From the NCBI RefSeq assembly GCF_011045215.1, contig NZ_CP049201.1: DNA of 64,000 nt; one strand, 5' to 3'. Source of the DNA: Escherichia coli. GTDB taxonomy: Bacteria > Pseudomonadota > Gammaproteobacteria > Enterobacterales > Enterobacteriaceae. Each line of letters starts with the position of its first letter. Position 1 is the first letter of the stretch. The position numbers were made by a program, and so were the translations under genes. This document shows positions 34,208-47,168 of this stretch, piece after piece. Below the pieces are notes generated by a model. That model made no database searches, was not told the DNA's origin, and worked only from the letters and a program-made list of their open reading frames with translations.

Positions 34208-35665
34208 TTACTTCGCCGGAATTTCTTTCAGCAGTTCAGTCAGCAGTGTCCAGTAATGACCTACGCTTTCGATGTGAACTTGCTCATCCGGAGAGTGTGG
34301 ACCGGTGATTGTTGGCCCGATAGAAACCATGTCCATTTCCGGATACGGTTTTTTGAACAGACCACATTCCAGGCCCGCGTGGATAATCTGGATGTTCGGC
34401 GTCTTGTTGAACAGGCGCTGATAGGTTTCACGTACCAGATGCATCACCGGAGAATTAGCGTCCGGCTGCCAGCCAGGATATGCGCCTTTTGCTTCGGTTT
34501 TCGCGCCAGCCAGTTTACCCAGCGAATCCAGCATGCTCACCACGTAGTCTTTACCGCTGTCGATCAGAGAACGGATCAGGCAGTGAATTTCTACGTTATT
34601 GTCAGTCATGGTCACCACACCGACGTTCAGGGAGGTTTCGACCACACCTTTTGCCACGTCGGAATTGCGGATCACACCGTTCGGGGTGGCGTTCAGCAGA
34701 CGAATAAAGGTATCGCGAGATTTCGCAATCAGGGCAGCTTTATCGTTCGCTACAGAGTCCAGCAACAAGGCCAGATTTTTCTCTTTCTCTGCCAGCTCGT
34801 TTTTCAGGATCTCCTGATAGGTATTCACCAGAGATTTCAGGGTGTCGACTTTATCAGCTGCGACAGCAATGGTCGCAAAGGCTTCACGCGGGATGGCGTT
34901 ACGCAGTGTGCCGCCGTTGAAATCAATAAGACGCAGATCCAGTTCTTCTGCATGACCCGCCAGGAAGCGCACCAGCAGTTTGTTGGCATTACCGAGGCCA
35001 ACGTGGATTTCACCGCCGGAGTGACCGCCTTTCAGACCTTTTAAGGTTAACTTGAAGGTTTCAAAACCAGCTGGAACCGCTTCACGATCTAAATGCAGGT
35101 TGGAGGTGAAGTCGATACCCCCCGCGCAACCCATGTAGATTTCACCTTCTTCTTCGGAGTCGGTGTTAATCAGAATATCAGCCTGCAACCAGTTGCTCTG
35201 TAAGCCGAACGCACCGTCCATACCGGCTTCTTCGGTCATGGTCAGCAGCACTTCCAGCGGGCCGTGAACCACGTTTTCGTCAGCCAGAACCGCCAGCGCA
35301 GAGGCCATACCAATGCCGTTATCCGCACCCAGCGTGGTGCCGCGCGCTTTAACCCATTCGCCATCAATATAAGGCTGGATAGGATCTTTCGTGAAGTCAT
35401 GCACAGTGTCGTTATTTTTCTGCGGCACCATATCGAGGTGGGCCTGCAAGACGACCGGTTTACGATTTTCCATACCTGCGGTAGCAGGTTTACGAATCAG
35501 GATATTACCTACCTGATCGCGTTCGACATGGAAACCTTTCTCTTTTGCCCAACCAACAATGTATTCAGCGAGTTGCTCTTCATGATAGGACGGGTGAGGA
35601 ATAGAACAGATTTTGGCAAAAATATCCCACAGCGGCTGTGGAGATAATTGAGACAGTTCAGACAC
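34208..35665 (-). CDS. pepD: cytosol non-specific dipeptidase PepD (M20 family)
   Basis: 485 aa, M20 metal-binding motifs (HLDMVPQ, ADNGIG). Confidence 0.95.
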   Translation of the reverse strand: MSELSQLSPQPLWDIFAKICSIPHPSYHEEQLAEYIVGWAKEKGFHVERDQVGNILIRKPATAGMENRKPVVLQAHLDMVPQKNNDTVHDFTKDPIQPYIDGEWVKARGTTLGADNGIGMASALAVLADENVVHGPLEVLLTMTEEAGMDGAFGLQSNWLQADILINTDSEEEGEIYMGCAGGIDFTSNLHLDREAVPAGFETFKLTLKGLKGGHSGGEIHVGLGNANKLLVRFLAGHAEELDLRLIDFNGGTLRNAIPREAFATIAVAADKVDTLKSLVNTYQEILKNELAEKEKNLALLLDSVANDKAALIAKSRDTFIRLLNATPNGVIRNSDVAKGVVETSLNVGVVTMTDNNVEIHCLIRSLIDSGKDYVVSMLDSLGKLAGAKTEAKGAYPGWQPDANSPVMHLVRETYQRLFNKTPNIQIIHAGLECGLFKKPYPEMDMVSIGPTITGPHSPDEQVHIESVGHYWTLLTELLKEIPAK

Positions 35666-35925
35666 GTTAAGTCTCCTTGTCGATCACCCGCAAAACAGTA
35701 TTGCAGGTCACAGGGTTAGCAGAAAATGTTGTCAACACAAGACATGCTTGCGAGATATGTTTGAGAATACCACTTTATCCCGCGTCAGGGAGAGGCAGTG
35801 CGTAAAAAGACGCGGACTCATGTGAAATACTGGTTTTTAGTGCGCCAGATCTCTATAATCTCGCGCAACCTATTTTCCCCTCGAACACTTTTTAAGCCGT
35901 AGATAAACAGGCTGGGACACTTCAC

Positions 35926-36384
35926 ATGAGCGAAAAATACATCGTCACCTGGGACATGTTGCAGATCCATGCACGTAAACTCGCAAGCCGACTGATGCCT
36001 TCTGAACAATGGAAAGGCATTATTGCCGTAAGCCGTGGCGGTCTGGTACCGGGTGCGTTACTGGCGCGTGAACTGGGTATTCGTCATGTCGATACCGTTT
36101 GTATTTCCAGCTACGATCACGACAACCAGCGCGAGCTTAAAGTGCTGAAACGCGCAGAAGGCGATGGCGAAGGCTTCATCGTTATTGATGACCTGGTGGA
36201 TACCGGTGGTACTGCGGTTGCGATTCGTGAAATGTATCCAAAAGCGCACTTTGTCACCATCTTTGCAAAACCGGCTGGTCGTCCGCTGGTTGATGATTAT
36301 GTTGTTGATATCCCGCAAGATACCTGGATCGAACAGCCGTGGGATATGGGCGTCGTATTCGTCCCGCCAATCTCCGGTCGCTAA
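35926..36384 (+). CDS. gpt: xanthine-guanine phosphoribosyltransferase
   Basis: 152 aa, PRPP-binding motif [11 protein letters not shown]. Confidence 0.95.
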
Positions 36385-36475
36385 TCTTTTCAACGCCTGG
36401 CACTGCCGGGCGTTGTTCTTTTTAACTTCAGGCAGGTTACAATAGTTTCCAGTAAGTATTCTGGAGGCTGCATCC

Positions 36476-37720
36476 ATGACACAGGCAAACCTGAGCGAAA
36501 CCCTGTTCAAACCCCGCTTTAAACATCCTGAAACCTCGACGCTAGTCCGCCGCTTTAATCACGGCGCACAACCGCCTGTGCAGTCGGCCCTTGATGGTAA
36601 AACCATCCCTCACTGGTATCGCATGATTAACCGTCTGATGTGGATCTGGCGCGGCATTGACCCACGCGAAATCCTCGACGTCCAGGCACGTATTGTGATG
36701 AGCGATGCCGAACGTACCGACGATGATTTATACGATACGGTGATTGGCTACCGTGGCGGCAACTGGATTTATGAGTGGGCCACCCAGGCGATGGAGTGGC
36801 AACAAAAAGCCTGTGCGGAAGAAGATCCGCAACTCAGTGGTCGTCACTGGCTGCATGCGGCTACGTTGTACAACATTGCCGCCTATCCTCATCTGAAAGG
36901 AGATGACCTGGCCGAGCAAGCGCAGGCTTTGTCAAACCGCGCCTATGAAGAGGCCGCTCAGCGTCTACCGGGCACGATGCGGCAGATGGAGTTTACCGTA
37001 CCTGGCGGTGCGCCCATCACCGGCTTTTTGCATATGCCGAAAGGCGATGGCCCGTTCCCGACGGTATTAATGTGTGGTGGTCTGGATGCGATGCAGACGG
37101 ACTATTACAGCCTGTATGAACGTTATTTTGCGCCGCGCGGCATTGCGATGCTGACTATTGATATGCCGTCGGTGGGCTTTTCTTCAAAATGGAAGCTCAC
37201 CCAGGACTCCAGCCTGTTGCATCAGCACGTCTTAAAGGCACTGCCTAACGTACCGTGGGTGGATCACACTCGCGTCGCGGCCTTTGGTTTCCGTTTCGGC
37301 GCTAACGTTGCCGTGCGTCTGGCATACCTTGAATCGCCGCGTCTGAAAGCGGTTGCCTGTCTTGGTCCGGTAGTTCATACCCTGTTGAGTGATTTTAAGT
37401 GCCAGCAACAGGTGCCGGAAATGTATCTTGACGTTCTGGCGAGTCGTTTGGGGATGCATGATGCTTCCGATGAAGCGTTGCGCGTGGAGCTGAATCGCTA
37501 TTCATTAAAAGTGCAAGGATTGCTGGGACGTCGCTGCCCAACGCCAATGTTATCAGGCTACTGGAAGAACGATCCGTTCAGCCCGGAAGAGGACTCACGC
37601 TTAATCACCTCATCATCTCATGACGGTAAATTATTAGAGATCCCATTTAACCCGGTGTATCGGAATTTTGACAAAGGTCTTCAGGAAATCACCGACTGGA
37701 TCGAAAAACGCTTGTGTTAA
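36476..37720 (+). CDS. frsA: esterase FrsA (fermentation/respiration switch protein)
   Basis: 414 aa alpha/beta hydrolase; conserved neighbour of gpt and crl. Confidence 0.9.
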   Translation: MTQANLSETLFKPRFKHPETSTLVRRFNHGAQPPVQSALDGKTIPHWYRMINRLMWIWRGIDPREILDVQARIVMSDAERTDDDLYDTVIGYRGGNWIYEWATQAMEWQQKACAEEDPQLSGRHWLHAATLYNIAAYPHLKGDDLAEQAQALSNRAYEEAAQRLPGTMRQMEFTVPGGAPITGFLHMPKGDGPFPTVLMCGGLDAMQTDYYSLYERYFAPRGIAMLTIDMPSVGFSSKWKLTQDSSLLHQHVLKALPNVPWVDHTRVAAFGFRFGANVAVRLAYLESPRLKAVACLGPVVHTLLSDFKCQQQVPEMYLDVLASRLGMHDASDEALRVELNRYSLKVQGLLGRRCPTPMLSGYWKNDPFSPEEDSRLITSSSHDGKLLEIPFNPVYRNFDKGLQEITDWIEKRLC

Positions 37721-38179
<459 letters not shown>

Positions 38180-38217
38180 GTGAAATGTGCCGGATGCATC
38201 ACATCCGGCAATAATCA

Positions 38218-39273
38218 TTAAAACTGATAGGTCATGCCAACCGCGACAATATCATCATTATTAATATTCAATTTGTTATCGCTATCCAGTTGGTTGATTT
38301 TATAATCAACAAACGCTGACATATTTTTGTTGAAATAATACGTAGCACCGACGTCGATATAATTGACCAGATCTTCATCACCGATACCTTCAATATCTTT
38401 CCCTTTCGATAAGACATAACCCAGCGATGGACGCAGACCAAAGTCAAACTGGTATTGAGCGACCGCTTCAAAGTTCTGTGTCTTATTGGCAAAGCCGCCA
38501 GTTATTGGCGTCATTTTGCGAGTTTCAGAATAGAAAGTTGCCAGATAAATATTATTGGCATCGTATTTCAGACCTGTTGCCCATGCTTCTGCTCGCTTGC
38601 CTGTGCCACGGCTTTGCAGGTTCTGCTCGTTGGTGCGATCTGAGTTGGTATAGGCCCCACTAATGGCGAAATCGCTGCCGCCAAAGTCATATGTCAATGA
38701 CGTGCCGAAGCCATCGCCGTTTTGCTTTTTAACGTCGCGGTTTTCGTTTTTCCCTTGATATTGCAGGGTTAAGTTCAGACCATCGATAACGCCGAAGAAG
38801 TCGGTGTTCCTATACGTCGCCAGACCGCTGGCGCGTTTGGTCATAAAGTTGTCGGTCTGCGCCGAGGAGTCGCCACCAAATTCCGGGAACATATCGGTCC
38901 AGGCTTCCACGTCATACAACGCGCCCAGGTTACGGCCATAGTCGAAAGAACCCAAATCTTTATACTTCAATCCGGCAAAAGCGAGACGCGTTTTTTGCTG
39001 TGCAGTATCACTCTCCGCTTTATTTCCGGCAAACTCCGCTTCCCAACGACCATAACCAGTCAGTTGATCGTTAATTTGTGTTTCGCCTTTAAAACCAAAA
39101 CGGATATAACTCTGGTCGCCATCTTTACTGTCGTTATCACTCATATAATGCATGGCTTTAACTTTGCCATAGACATCCAGTTTATTACCGTCTTTGTTAT
39201 ATATTTCTGCGGCCTGTACGGATGCAGATGCCACAATGCCCATCACCACTAATGCCAGAGTGCTCTTTTTCAT
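38218..39273 (-). CDS. phoE: phosphate-starvation porin PhoE
   Basis: 351 aa from MKKSTLAL; porin C-terminal ...GMTYQF. Confidence 0.95.
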   Translation of the reverse strand: MKKSTLALVVMGIVASASVQAAEIYNKDGNKLDVYGKVKAMHYMSDNDSKDGDQSYIRFGFKGETQINDQLTGYGRWEAEFAGNKAESDTAQQKTRLAFAGLKYKDLGSFDYGRNLGALYDVEAWTDMFPEFGGDSSAQTDNFMTKRASGLATYRNTDFFGVIDGLNLTLQYQGKNENRDVKKQNGDGFGTSLTYDFGGSDFAISGAYTNSDRTNEQNLQSRGTGKRAEAWATGLKYDANNIYLATFYSETRKMTPITGGFANKTQNFEAVAQYQFDFGLRPSLGYVLSKGKDIEGIGDEDLVNYIDVGATYYFNKNMSAFVDYKINQLDSDNKLNINNDDIVAVGMTYQF

Positions 39274-39560
39274 TTTCATTCCTGATTTTAATTAACGCGC
39301 GAATATTCTGCGGGAGAGCCCCGTTGAAAACAGGAAAGTTTTTAACCTGAGATTGTTAAAGATATATTACAGATTAATGATATTCTTAAAATGTGGTAAT
39401 TTAGTAAATCTGTAATAAAAGCGTAAACAACTGCCGCTACGCTTGCTGATCCCGCGCAACAAAACACCATGCTTTGCTCGCAGATGGTTGGCAACCGACG
39501 ACAGTCCTGCTAAAACGTTCGTTTGATATCATTTTTCCTAAAATTGAATGGCAGAGAATC

Positions 39561-40664
39561 ATGAGTGACAGCCAGACGCTGGTGGTAAAACTCGGCACCA
39601 GTGTGCTAACAGGCGGATCGCGCCGCCTGAACCGTGCCCATATCGTTGAACTTGTTCGCCAGTGCGCGCAGTTACATGCCGCCGGGCATCGGATTGTTAT
39701 TGTGACGTCGGGCGCGATCGCCGCCGGACGTGAGCACCTGGGTTACCCGGAACTGCCAGCGACTATCGCCTCGAAACAACTGCTGGCGGCGGTAGGGCAG
39801 AGTCGACTGATTCAACTGTGGGAACAGCTGTTTTCGATTTATGGCATTCACGTCGGGCAAATGCTGCTGACTCGTGCTGATATGGAAGACCGTGAACGCT
39901 TCCTGAACGCCCGCGACACCCTGCGTGCGTTGCTCGATAACAATATCGTTCCGGTAATCAATGAGAACGATGCTGTCGCTACGGCAGAGATTAAAGTCGG
40001 CGATAACGACAACCTTTCTGCACTGGCGGCGATTCTGGCGGGTGCCGATAAACTGTTGTTACTGACCGATCAAAAAGGTTTGTATACCGCTGACCCGCGC
40101 AGCAATCCGCAGGCAGAACTGATTAAAGATGTTTACGGCATTGATGACGCACTGCGCGCGATTGCCGGTGACAGCGTTTCAGGCCTCGGAACTGGCGGCA
40201 TGAGTACCAAATTGCAGGCCGCGGACGTGGCTTGCCGTGCGGGTATCGACACCATTATTGCCGCGGGCAGCAAGCCGGGCGTCATTGGTGATGTGATGGA
40301 AGGCATTTCCGTCGGTACGCTGTTCCATGCCCAGGCGACTCCGCTTGAAAACCGTAAACGCTGGATTTTCGGTGCGCCGCCTGCGGGTGAAATCACGGTA
40401 GATGAAGGGGCAACTGCCGCCATTCTGGAACGCGGCAGCTCCCTGTTGCCGAAAGGCATTAAAAGCGTGACTGGCAATTTCTCGCGTGGTGAAGTCATCC
40501 GCATTTGCAACCTCGAAGGCCGCGATATCGCCCACGGTGTCAGCCGTTACAACAGCGATGCATTACGCCGTATTGCCGGACACCACTCGCAAGAAATTGA
40601 TGCAATACTGGGATATGAATACGGCCCGGTTGCCGTTCACCGTGATGACATGATTACCCGTTAA
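39561..40664 (+). CDS. proB: glutamate 5-kinase
   Basis: 367 aa from [16 protein letters not shown]; amino-acid kinase and PUA domains. Confidence 0.95.
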
Positions 40665-40675
40665 GGAGCTGGCCG

Positions 40676-41929
40676 ATGCTGGAACAAATGGGCATTGCCG
40701 CGAAGCAAGCCTCGTATAAATTAGCGCAACTCTCCAGCCGCGAAAAAAATCGCGTGCTGGAAAAAATCGCCGATGAACTGGAAGCACAAAGCGAAATCAT
40801 CCTCAACGCTAACGCCCAGGATGTTGCTGACGCGCGAGCCAATGGCCTTAGCGAAGCGATGCTTGACCGTCTGGCACTGACGCCCGCACGGCTGAAAGGC
40901 ATTGCCGACGATGTACGTCAGGTGTGCAACCTCGCCGATCCGGTGGGGCAGGTAATCGATGGCGGCGTACTGGACAGCGGCCTGCGTCTTGAGCGTCGTC
41001 GCGTACCGCTGGGGGTTATTGGCGTGATTTATGAAGCGCGCCCGAACGTGACGGTTGATGTCGCTTCGCTGTGCCTGAAAACCGGTAATGCGGTGATCCT
41101 GCGTGGTGGCAAAGAAACCTGTCGCACTAACGCGGCAACGGTAGCGGTGATTCAGGACGCCCTGAAATCCTGTGGCTTACCGGCGGGTGCCGTGCAGGCG
41201 ATTGATAATCCTGACCGTGCGCTGGTCAGTGAAATGCTGCGTATGGATAAATACATCGACATGCTGATCCCGCGCGGCGGGGCTGGTTTGCATAAACTGT
41301 GCCGCGAACAGTCGACGATCCCGGTGATCACAGGTGGTATAGGCGTATGCCATATTTACGTTGATGAAAGTGCAGAGATCGCTGAAGCCCTGAAAGTAAT
41401 CGTCAATGCGAAAACTCAGCGTCCGAGCACATGTAATACGGTAGAAACGTTGCTGGTGAATAAAAACATCGCCGATAGCTTCCTGCCCGTATTAAGCAAA
41501 CAAATGGCGGAAAGCGGCGTGACATTACACGCAGATGCAGCTGCGCTGACACAGTTGCAGGCAGGCCCCGCGAAGGTGGTGGCGGTTAAAGCCGAAGAGT
41601 ATGACGATGAGTTTCTGTCATTAGATTTGAACGTCAAAATCGTCAGCGATCTTGACGATGCCATCGCCCATATTCGTGAACACGGCACGCAACACTCCGA
41701 TGCGATCCTGACCCGCGATATGCGCAACGCCCAGCGTTTTGTTAACGAAGTGGATTCGTCCGCTGTTTACGTTAACGCCTCTACGCGTTTTACCGACGGC
41801 GGCCAGTTTGGACTGGGTGCGGAAGTGGCGGTAAGCACACAAAAACTCCACGCGCGTGGCCCAATGGGGCTGGAAGCACTGACCACTTACAAGTGGATCG
41901 GCATTGGTGATTACACCATTCGTGCGTAA
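40676..41929 (+). CDS. proA: gamma-glutamyl phosphate reductase
   Basis: 417 aa aldehyde dehydrogenase-family protein directly after proB. Confidence 0.95.
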   Translation: MLEQMGIAAKQASYKLAQLSSREKNRVLEKIADELEAQSEIILNANAQDVADARANGLSEAMLDRLALTPARLKGIADDVRQVCNLADPVGQVIDGGVLDSGLRLERRRVPLGVIGVIYEARPNVTVDVASLCLKTGNAVILRGGKETCRTNAATVAVIQDALKSCGLPAGAVQAIDNPDRALVSEMLRMDKYIDMLIPRGGAGLHKLCREQSTIPVITGGIGVCHIYVDESAEIAEALKVIVNAKTQRPSTCNTVETLLVNKNIADSFLPVLSKQMAESGVTLHADAAALTQLQAGPAKVVAVKAEEYDDEFLSLDLNVKIVSDLDDAIAHIREHGTQHSDAILTRDMRNAQRFVNEVDSSAVYVNASTRFTDGGQFGLGAEVAVSTQKLHARGPMGLEALTTYKWIGIGDYTIRA

Positions 41930-42043
41930 ATAAAACCGGGTGATGCAAAAGTAGCCGTTTGATTCACAAGGCCATTGACGCATCGCCCGGTTAGTTTTAA
42001 CCTTGTCCACCGTGATTCACGTTCGTGAACATGTCCTTTCAGG

Positions 42044-42119
42044 GCCGATATAGCTCAGTTGGTAGAGCAGCGCATTCGTAATGCGAAGGTCGTAGGTTCG
42101 ACTCCTATTATCGGCACCA
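42044..42119 (+). tRNA. thrW: tRNA-Thr (anticodon CGU)
   Basis: GCCGATATAGCTCAGTTGGTAGAGCAGCGCATTCGTAATGCGAAGGTCGTAGGTTCGACTCCTATTATCGGCACCA, cloverleaf with CGT anticodon and 3' CCA. Confidence 0.9.
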
Positions 42120-42133
42120 TTTAAATCAATAAG

Positions 42134-43297
42134 TTACACATCATTAGTACCTTCCTTATTTTTTGACTGGGACAAATTTGGGACCGATGGGTTCAGGATC
42201 GAGTCTATTTGCCGTGCGTGTTCGGTAAGGTGATTAGGTGCAAGGTGAGCATATCGACGAACCATTTCGATAGACTCCCAGCCTCCCATTTCCTGTAACA
42301 CTGACAACGGGACTCCGGCTTGAACCAGCCAACTTGCCCAGGTGTGTCTCAAGTCGTGAAATCTGAAATCATCAATACCAGCCCGTCTCAGCGCCGCTTT
42401 CCAGGCTGTGTTTGCGTCATACCGCATCTTCCTTACTGTTGGCGCTTTCGTTCCGTCTGGTTTGGTACAGCTTTCCTTGTACACAAATACCCAACGGTGA
42501 TGATTCCCGATTTGTTTTTTCAAAACGCGACATGCAGTATCATTCAGCGCAACGCCAATTGCGCGGTTTGATTTACTCTCTTCCGGGTTTATCCATGCCA
42601 CCCGGCGCTGCATGTCTATTTGTTGCCATTCAAGGTTGATGATGTTCGAGCGTCTTAAGCCTGTTGCCAGTGCAAATTCAACAACAGACTTTAATGGCTC
42701 CGGACATTCATCAATCAGCCTTTGTGCTTCATGGGGCTCCAGCCAGCGGATCCGTTTATTCTTTGGTTGAGGCACTTTAATAATTGGTGCCTTATCCAGC
42801 ATTTTCCATTCACGCTCTGCGGCTCTTAGTAGGGCCTTTATAAATGAAAGATGCGTAGCCTTCGTTGCAACGGACGCTGGTTTTGGCGTGTATTCTGGAA
42901 CAGGTTTCCCTTTTTTTCTGCATGCTTCTGCCCTGAGTCTCCAGTTTTCCTCATGACGCCGGTTCGTCATTTTCTGCATTGCTGAATAAATTTTTGATTC
43001 AGTAATGTCTCTTAGTTGCATTCCTGCGAAATGTTGAAGCCAGAATCCGATCCGGCTTTTGTCATCGTCCAGTGATTTTTTATGTGCTTTCTCTTCAAGC
43101 CACCTGACACACGCTTCCTCGAACGTTATATCAGGTATTTCACCAAGTTTGCTGACCCGCCATGCTTCAGCCTTTAGCTTGTCATGGAGTTCTGTCGCCT
43201 GCCTTTTGTCCTTTGTTCCAAGAGACTGTTTAAATCTTTTACCGTTCGGCAATGTGAAACTGGCGTACCATATTTCACCTCTGCGGAAGAGTGACAT
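42134..43297 (-). CDS. int: phage integrase (tyrosine recombinase, P22-like)
   Basis: 387 aa, C-terminal catalytic R..HxxR..Y region ([11 protein letters not shown]...RYAHL); adjacent to tRNA. Confidence 0.9.
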   Translation of the reverse strand: MSLFRRGEIWYASFTLPNGKRFKQSLGTKDKRQATELHDKLKAEAWRVSKLGEIPDITFEEACVRWLEEKAHKKSLDDDKSRIGFWLQHFAGMQLRDITESKIYSAMQKMTNRRHEENWRLRAEACRKKGKPVPEYTPKPASVATKATHLSFIKALLRAAEREWKMLDKAPIIKVPQPKNKRIRWLEPHEAQRLIDECPEPLKSVVEFALATGLRRSNIINLEWQQIDMQRRVAWINPEESKSNRAIGVALNDTACRVLKKQIGNHHRWVFVYKESCTKPDGTKAPTVRKMRYDANTAWKAALRRAGIDDFRFHDLRHTWASWLVQAGVPLSVLQEMGGWESIEMVRRYAHLAPNHLTEHARQIDSILNPSVPNLSQSKNKEGTNDV

Positions 43298-43524
43298 TTT
43301 CTTTCCTCTGTTATGCCATCACCCGCGCTCACCTGGACAGTATGCAGCGGAGACTGAAGAGCCGCAATGCAGGCTTGTCGTGTTGTGAGGTAAGGAGATT
43401 TATTCTTAGTGGGATCTTTGCGTGTTGCCTGAAGACGCCCTGTGCGTATCCAGTTGGTGGCAGTCGGTCTGGATATCTTGAGAAAATGACAGGCCTCATC
43501 GAGTGTGAGGCTGTATGGCTCCAT
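43174..43524 (-). CDS. xis: excisionase
   Basis: 116-aa ORF from [31 protein letters not shown] (HTH), overlapping int 5' end. Confidence 0.6.
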   Translation of the reverse strand: MEPYSLTLDEACHFLKISRPTATNWIRTGRLQATRKDPTKNKSPYLTTRQACIAALQSPLHTVQVSAGDGITEERKCHSSAEVKYGTPVSHCRTVKDLNSLLEQRTKGRRQNSMTS

Positions 43525-43829
43525 TATTTCACCTCTTGCTGTGACATTGTTGAAAAATGGATACCAGCTCGTTGCTGCCAGACGATCCAACCGAGAGTCA
43601 TATCCCATGCCATGTATTCGTTATTGCCGTTTTTTGCTCTCCGACGATCTACTAAGTCACCGAAACGCTTTTCCATGAATAATTCATAAGCTTCGCGTTC
43701 ATCTGGTTCTACTTCCAGAGATAGGAGTGCGATTTCATAAGCACGGCGCTCAATATCGTCTCGCACGTCAAGGCTGCTGATACGCTCTTTAATTTCTTTA
43801 ATCAGTTCTTTGTCGGTAAAAGTGGTCAT
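43524..43829 (-). CDS. hypothetical phage early protein
   Basis: 101-aa ORF tightly packed in early-left operon. Confidence 0.4.
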   Translation of the reverse strand: MTTFTDKELIKEIKERISSLDVRDDIERRAYEIALLSLEVEPDEREAYELFMEKRFGDLVDRRRAKNGNNEYMAWDMTLGWIVWQQRAGIHFSTMSQQEVK

Positions 43830-44191
43830 TATGCTCCAGCCTCCGGTGCTTTTGGCATTACTGCCCAGTGAGTGATATTGACGTTTTCAAGGTCCCCGAC
43901 CTGAAATGTCCACTGCCATTCTCCGGTTTCTTTTTGTCCCCAGGTGTACCAGAGAGAACGCCAGCCAATTAGCCAGCCTTCTCCGTTAGCATCGAATAAC
44001 AAAACACTTTCATTTGCTGGTGGCAGTTCAGTTGACACTGGTATTACTTTGTTTTCCTGTGCTGCACATTTAGCTTCAAGCGCATCGAATTTACGCACCA
44101 GGTATTCAGCATCTGTTTCATTTACTTTCAGATCTCGCGGTACACATCTCCCACGAAGAAACCCTTCCATTTCGAAAACATTCATGCGCAT
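43829..44191 (-). CDS. phage protein, DUF551-like
   Basis: C-terminal ...ITHWAVMPKAPE resembles the DUF551 signature; start/stop overlap with neighbours. Confidence 0.45.
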   Translation of the reverse strand: MRMNVFEMEGFLRGRCVPRDLKVNETDAEYLVRKFDALEAKCAAQENKVIPVSTELPPANESVLLFDANGEGWLIGWRSLWYTWGQKETGEWQWTFQVGDLENVNITHWAVMPKAPEAGA

Positions 44192-44730
44192 TTGCGTAAC
44201 TCCGATAACTCGTTAAAGCGTTCCATAAACATCCCGTAGGCATGGCCCGGTGCCAGTGGAATCACGTTGAACATCTCTGTTGCCGGGATACCTTCCAGTA
44301 CAGGCCAGAAAGAGCCATCATCAAGCCCGAGATCGCGGCGTTCGGTTGCCAGCATGATGAGATCGGCATATTTCACGGGTGTACTCATAACTGGGGGTAA
44401 CCCGTATTTCTCACGGATTACGGCGTCTATTTTTTCTTCCATCCGTTTATAGTCAGGAAGAAGGCGTTTCAGTGGTGCGGGAATGTCCTGGCAATACGCT
44501 TCTGTTGCATCATGCATTAACGCTTCAAAAGCAAATTCCTGCGGCACCAGCTGGCTGCAAAGAACCGCATGTTGGGCGACGCTGTAGAAGTGCGAAAGAT
44601 GACCGGCAAAGCGACAGATATTTGAAAGGGAAACCGCGATATCGTTAATATCGATGTCGTCTTTATTTATCTTGTCATAATAAAAATGCTTCCCGGAAAA
44701 AGTTTTAATAAATGACATTTTGTTCTCCAC
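44182..44730 (-). CDS. HD-domain phosphohydrolase (YfdR-like 5'-deoxynucleotidase)
   Basis: HD motif (LMHDATEAY) and upstream His (HFYSVAQH). Confidence 0.65.
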   Translation of the reverse strand: MENKMSFIKTFSGKHFYYDKINKDDIDINDIAVSLSNICRFAGHLSHFYSVAQHAVLCSQLVPQEFAFEALMHDATEAYCQDIPAPLKRLLPDYKRMEEKIDAVIREKYGLPPVMSTPVKYADLIMLATERRDLGLDDGSFWPVLEGIPATEMFNVIPLAPGHAYGMFMERFNELSELRKCA

Positions 44731-44845
44731 GTATATGCACTACACCGCGCTGAATTCTGGTAAAAGGAAGCCCTCACCATCCGGTGATTATTGAGTTAAT
44801 TACGTTTCCATAAATGCCCCCGCAGGGGCATTTGCAGTAATGAAA

Positions 44846-45670
44846 TCAGGCGGTGAAAGTACCAATAAAGGTTTCTACTTTGCTGTCCTTGAATTTCTCA
44901 ACAAGCAGATCACGAAATTCGTTAGCCATTTCTTCCTGCACCGCCTCCAGCTGAATAATGCGCAGAACCAGTACCGGACGATCGCCAGTGATAATGCTGA
45001 GGCGTAATTTAAACGGACGTTCTTTCAGACCTTCAAACGGAATGCATTTAAATTCAAATGCCACTGGCATAATGTCTTTGGTCTTCGCTTCGACAGACTC
45101 CATCAGGGAGCGTTTGCCGCTGAAGTCATTATCTTCAAAATCAGCGGTCTGGTTTGCTTCAATCGTGATTTTACGGACCGCCGCAGCCGCTTTTGTTGCC
45201 TGAATGGTGTCACCATTAGCATCAAAGCCCACAAGGTAGTCGGCCCAGTCTTCAATCCATTCTGCCAGTGATTTCTGGGAGTTACGCTCGCCATTAACAG
45301 ACAACAGAGCAGAGAACGGTGCTGTCTTTTTCAGTTTGAGAGTGGCGGTGTTATCTGCGTGACCTGGTTCATCAATAGTACCCAGGTTAAGCACACTGAC
45401 GGCACGCATATTATCAGCATCGATAAAGCAGCGGGTGCCTTCATCTGCAAGATCTTTAGAATAACGGGTAAAGTCATCGATGCTGGCAGTGGAAAGCGCA
45501 CCACGGAAACGGAAGCGATTTAAATTAAATTTTTCCAGATCATGAATGCGGAAATTCTCAGGCAATGCCACAGCATCGGCACCAATCTTACTGATAATTT
45601 CATTAACACCCTGAGCAGAAATAAGGGCATGGATTTGATTAATTGCGGTTGCGTCTAAGTTCTGAGACAT
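44846..45670 (-). CDS. phage protein, DUF2303 (YfdQ-like)
   Basis: 274 aa, resembles CPS-53 YfdQ as remembered. Confidence 0.55.
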   Translation of the reverse strand: MSQNLDATAINQIHALISAQGVNEIISKIGADAVALPENFRIHDLEKFNLNRFRFRGALSTASIDDFTRYSKDLADEGTRCFIDADNMRAVSVLNLGTIDEPGHADNTATLKLKKTAPFSALLSVNGERNSQKSLAEWIEDWADYLVGFDANGDTIQATKAAAAVRKITIEANQTADFEDNDFSGKRSLMESVEAKTKDIMPVAFEFKCIPFEGLKERPFKLRLSIITGDRPVLVLRIIQLEAVQEEMANEFRDLLVEKFKDSKVETFIGTFTA

Positions 45671-45735
45671 AATAAGTCCTCACTATATAAAGATATTCAG
45701 TGATGAGATAAATAATCAGTTTATTACGAACGATA

Positions 45736-46098
45736 TTAACGACCTGCTGCGCGGAGTTTTCCGTCAGGTTCACCGGCAAGAGTCAGTAATTGTCCCTGGT
45801 CTTCCTGCAGAATAGTCAGGCGACCACCGCGATTGACATACATCGGCGTTTCGGTGGTGTCTTCTTCGGAAATTTTCCCGCGGTTAGTTGGGCGAACATA
45901 TGAGAGTTTGTGTTTGATTTTCACACGGTTCTCATCAAACGGTTCGATTTCCAGATTGAGTGAGACCTTCCCTTTGGTTTTCGTGTTCATCACACCGGAA
46001 GCGACCTCACTGAGAACTGCGCCGATTTTGGTTTCAAATACGCCGCCGTCCAGCTCCCCGATAAATGCCTGCACATCAGTACTGCGTTCGCTAGCCAT
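45736..46098 (-). CDS. hypothetical phage protein
   Basis: 120-aa ORF from MASERSTDVQ; the longer listed ORF extends upstream without support. Confidence 0.4.
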   Translation of the reverse strand: MASERSTDVQAFIGELDGGVFETKIGAVLSEVASGVMNTKTKGKVSLNLEIEPFDENRVKIKHKLSYVRPTNRGKISEEDTTETPMYVNRGGRLTILQEDQGQLLTLAGEPDGKLRAAGR

Positions 46099-46536
46099 TT
46101 TGCTGCTCCTCATCATATCGACCCTGCAAGGTCGGTTGGTTTCTCCACAAAACAGAGAAGAACACCTGCGGTGGCAGCCGCCCGGATGGATTGGGTTATG
46201 AGCCCGTCGTCCGGTGATGCTCTTCTCTGTTTTGCAAAAAAGGACGGTACCAGCCGGAAGCAAGGGTACAAACTGGTACCGCCAGGACTACACACAGCAT
46301 AAAGTTGTGGTGCCGGGTGCCTCCCGGTGCCTGGCGAAGGTTGCACACCAGGCGGGTGGGTATCCACAGAAGGTCGACTGTCAGCCTCAACCTTAACCCG
46401 CGTGCGCTGAGCCGCATTCACCACAACGCTAAGGATTCTCTTTGGTTGAAAATACTTAGCTGTTATGTGCCTGTCTTTTCACCACTTCAGGCTCGGTGGT
46501 ATCCTTTTAAGCCCGTATACATAAAAGGAAAATCAA

Positions 46537-46782
46537 ATGACTTTTGATGAAAAAGAACTTGATAATGCAATTAATAAAATCATCGTAACGTCGCTCTTTT
46601 CCTGTCTCAGCGACACTCAGCAGAAACAGTTCTACGAATCGGCTTTCAACATGATCGAGCGTTGTTGTTTCTGCGATGCCGACGAGTTACCTGAAAAAAT
46701 CAGGAAACAGTTGGCTGATGCTCTTCGAGTGCGACTTTCTGACCAATTTTCTGAAATGTGCTCTCCGAATTTGGACAAATAG
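46537..46782 (+). CDS. hypothetical small protein
   Basis: 81-aa ORF with GGA-type RBS upstream; overlaps a minus-strand ORF, so only one is likely real. Confidence 0.3.
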   Translation: MTFDEKELDNAINKIIVTSLFSCLSDTQQKQFYESAFNMIERCCFCDADELPEKIRKQLADALRVRLSDQFSEMCSPNLDK

Positions 46783-47168
46783 AAAAAGGCCATTTCCATT
46801 CAGGGTCTGATGGAAATACTTCAGCCTGTTCCAAAGCACGGCGTAAAGAGAACACAACTCCAGCCATAATCTGATGTTTCCCATTGGTCCAGCTATCGCC
46901 GCTCTGATCTACAGGGGCGGCTATGTCGTATGACCAAACGACTTCACAGTTATTGTTTAAAATCTGGACTTTCATTTCATACACCTGCTTTAACATGAGT
47001 GCCTAGTGGCACAACATGACTCAACGAATCATCCTGGATTTCATATGCCCCAGGCGGCTACTTCGTGGGCGTCCTGCCTGTTCGTTGTTTCTTTTGGGTA
47101 CATTATGTATCTCAAAGGTACATTGTCAAGTATAAAAAAACCTGCCGAAGCAGGTTCATAAACATTGA

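Noticed and set aside
34256-35647. Plus-strand ORFs (262 and 127 aa) inside pepD
   Set aside because: Antisense to pepD; no start context and low-complexity translations.
36058-36510. 150-aa minus-strand ORF opposite gpt
   Set aside because: Antisense to gpt, which has a clear full-length PRTase translation.
46700-46996. 98-aa minus-strand ORF overlapping the 46537-46782 plus-strand ORF
   Set aside because: The two cannot both be real; neither has recognisable features, so only the plus-strand ORF is listed, at low confidence, because it has the better ribosome-binding site.
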